From assembly GCA_950097015.1 (NCBI GenBank), contig CATNEN010000039.1, positions 20,088,001 through 20,152,000 of the forward strand: DNA of 64,000 nt, written 5' to 3'. This stretch comes from Macrostomum hystrix. Its lineage: Eukaryota; Animalia; Platyhelminthes. The position numbers were made by a program, and so were the translations under genes. How positions within the stretch are numbered: position 1 is the first letter of the stretch; each line of letters begins with the position of its first letter. Under the pieces are notes generated by a model. That model was not told the DNA's origin. It was given only the letters and a program-made list of their open reading frames with translations, and made no database searches. Positions 62,401 to 64,000 of this stretch are shown one piece after another.

Positions 62401-64000
62401 CCGCAGCTCTCGCAGCCGGTAGTCTTGAAGACGTCGTTGGCGTTCGTGCAGTTGCAACTGATGGCTGCGGGTAGATACATACTCGTAGATTATAAATGCA
62501 GAGCTAAAAGTAATTATGGCAGCTTTTATCGCCTGGACATTGATTCTAACGCTCTGCACTAGCTATAGATGAATATAATTTTACGCCGGAGAGTATCAAG
62601 AAGTGTGTTATGCAGAATAGAGTTACCAACCAGATAAACGAGCTTGAACAAGAGTTACCTAATCTGATAGAAAATCATCGATCTTTCTAACTTTCCTTAT
62701 TTGCCCAGCTTAGGCAATATTAACTCACTGCCATTCGTGCCATTGACACAGACCGACCCAGGAGGGCACACAAGAGAATCACAGCCGGTGGCTCTGCCGC
62801 AGGCTTCAGTCTGGACGCTGACGGACTCTGTACAGTCGCTGTCGTTGCTAGATCGTGAATAAACATATGTTGAGATGCGGATGACACCGTTGATGCAATC
62901 GCTGCGTTCGACTCGATTCGGCGGGCAATCTGCATGGCGCGGAGATTACAAGCTTAAGCTTCACGTTCTTTTACGAGTTGATATTTGCAGAAGGGGTGTG
63001 GCCGCAATGGCACATCATTTAATGACACTAGACACTGCAGCCAGCGAGGAGACAATACTGCTCATTCTGCTGACTCCTGAGCACACACTCACACAGGTGT
63101 GCACTCTCACTGCGCTTTTGAGTTGGCCCTCAAGGTCATAAATTGCATGACAAGCCCCCAAGCCTTCTCTCCGCGGCTGAGCCCCAAATGAATGTGGCCT
63201 CGCCGCGGAATCGAGCATAAGAACCTTGCTGCGAGAGGCAAACGCGTTAAGTGCTCTGCCCACTATCCCCTAAGTCTCACTGAGGGGAGCATTTCATGTT
63301 TTTAGAACTAACTAACAAATATTAAGAAAAAGTTACTGTGCGTCTTTGTTTCTTGTTTCGACTTGAAAGATTCAAAATTCAACAAACAAGACCACTCACC
63401 ACATGGCTCATATGTTATCGTCGTATTTCTAACGCAGTTATGTGGCAGTTGCGTCGAGCGGTCATAGAAAAAGCGTTGAACCTGCGCTTGCCCACGCACG
63501 GTGCAGTTGCCGTAGTTGCTCCAAGGCAGAGGACATGGGCAGAACACTTGGGCGTAGAGCTCTGTCTTTGTAGTAGCTTCAAAAATGTCTGACGCGTCGA
63601 AAATTCCTCTCGTACCATCGCTTGAGATGCGGTAGAGCTCTTTGCTGCAACAGTTTTGTTAACTCCCGGATAAAATGTGCATATTTTTTCGAAGCATTGA
63701 AAGGCAACGAATAGGAAGTGGTGTACTATAAAGTGACCTACTCTGGCACCTAGGGCTTCTAGTTCAGATGAACTGTAGCTAAGCCACATTGTGAAAGCTA
63801 CTGTAGCAGAACTGCCATGGTACGAGCTATAACTAGGGAAAAATTGAATAAACTATGCAAATAAGTAGCTTAAGCTAACGCAAGCACAGTATTAAATAGA
63901 TCATGGTTCAGTGAAGTTAAACGATCAAGAAAACTAGGGGCTCACAGTGGCACTCCTCCAGCCAGATTGACGGCGAACACATGCGAGGCCACTTGACGTA
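41430..64000 (-). CDS. Giant cysteine-rich extracellular protein (vWA tail, EGF-like, vWD-C8-TIL, ShKT, many Cys-rich repeats, PAN/apple, terminal ShKT); 5'-partial, ~39 exons in window
   Basis: Continuous series of minus-strand Cys-rich exons with GT-AG sites, mostly phase 1. vWA-like end HVFAVNL..KELYRISSD (63946-64000 joined to 63644-63400); vWD 61790-61166 (QFVTFDG..FPGPCEYLL..LRGILGNCNG..DDF); C8 61067-60623; TIL ~60520-60190; two ShKT ~60170-59940; ShKT + PAN ~43200-42730; ShKT ~42430-42320; last exon 41542-41430 CHDQVSKSEC..CPRTCNRC-stop. Confidence 0.85.
44747..44875 (-). mobile_element. Degenerate CORE-type SINE (family 1) in intron
   Basis: GGTACCCATTTTACAGCTGAGTGAA..CTTGCTCAA..GACACA..GATTCGAAC matches 19504-19600. 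Confidence 0.65.
62985..63270 (-). mobile_element. SINE family 2 copy in intron of the giant gene
   Basis: Colinear with 34590-34930 and 35484-35775. Confidence 0.8.

Noticed and set aside
41800-63600. Many plus-strand ORFs opposite the giant gene
   Set aside because: Antisense shadows of the minus-strand exons.
41430-64000. Assigning the giant gene to SCO-spondin, a mucin or Macrostomum ap2 by name
   Set aside because: No LDLa repeats, canonical WxxW TSP1 repeats, PTS region or long near-identical repeats are visible; a database search is needed.

Overview
Intron-containing eukaryotic (animal) genomic DNA. Short AT-rich GT-AG introns, GC-richer exons, abundant CAG/CTG tracts and kb-long minisatellites resemble a free-living flatworm such as Macrostomum (inference only). 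Genes reconstructed by hand from splice sites: (1) a 5'-partial class-V aminotransferase/cysteine desulfurase-like gene (+, 140-8171) with a ~4.1 kb 47-bp satellite in one intron; (2) a polyQ ORF/exon (10422-10913); (3) a complete 7-exon alpha-type nicotinic acetylcholine receptor subunit (-, 16884-12958); (4) a short, zinc-finger-less ZNF608/609/Brakeless-like gene (-, 18918-17627); (5) a cluster of four paralogous secreted-protein genes (19.9-36.0 kb) that share a ~185-aa C-terminal domain I do not recognise and carry 1, 2, 2 and 0 phase-1 WSC exons, one copy apparently disabled by micro-duplication frameshifts; (6) a truncated Ty3/Gypsy gag-pol fragment; (7) the 3' ~22.5 kb of a giant Cys-rich extracellular protein gene (-, >64000-41430; roughly 5,500 aa in the window) with a vWA tail, vWD-C8-TIL, ShKT and PAN/apple domains and on the order of 100 Cys-rich repeats in alternating cationic and Thr/Asn-rich blocks. 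Two tRNA-derived SINE families (one copy nested in the other), a Tc1-type MITE and several minisatellites are also present. The best candidates for novelty are the WSC-modular secreted family and the giant block-patterned Cys-rich protein.
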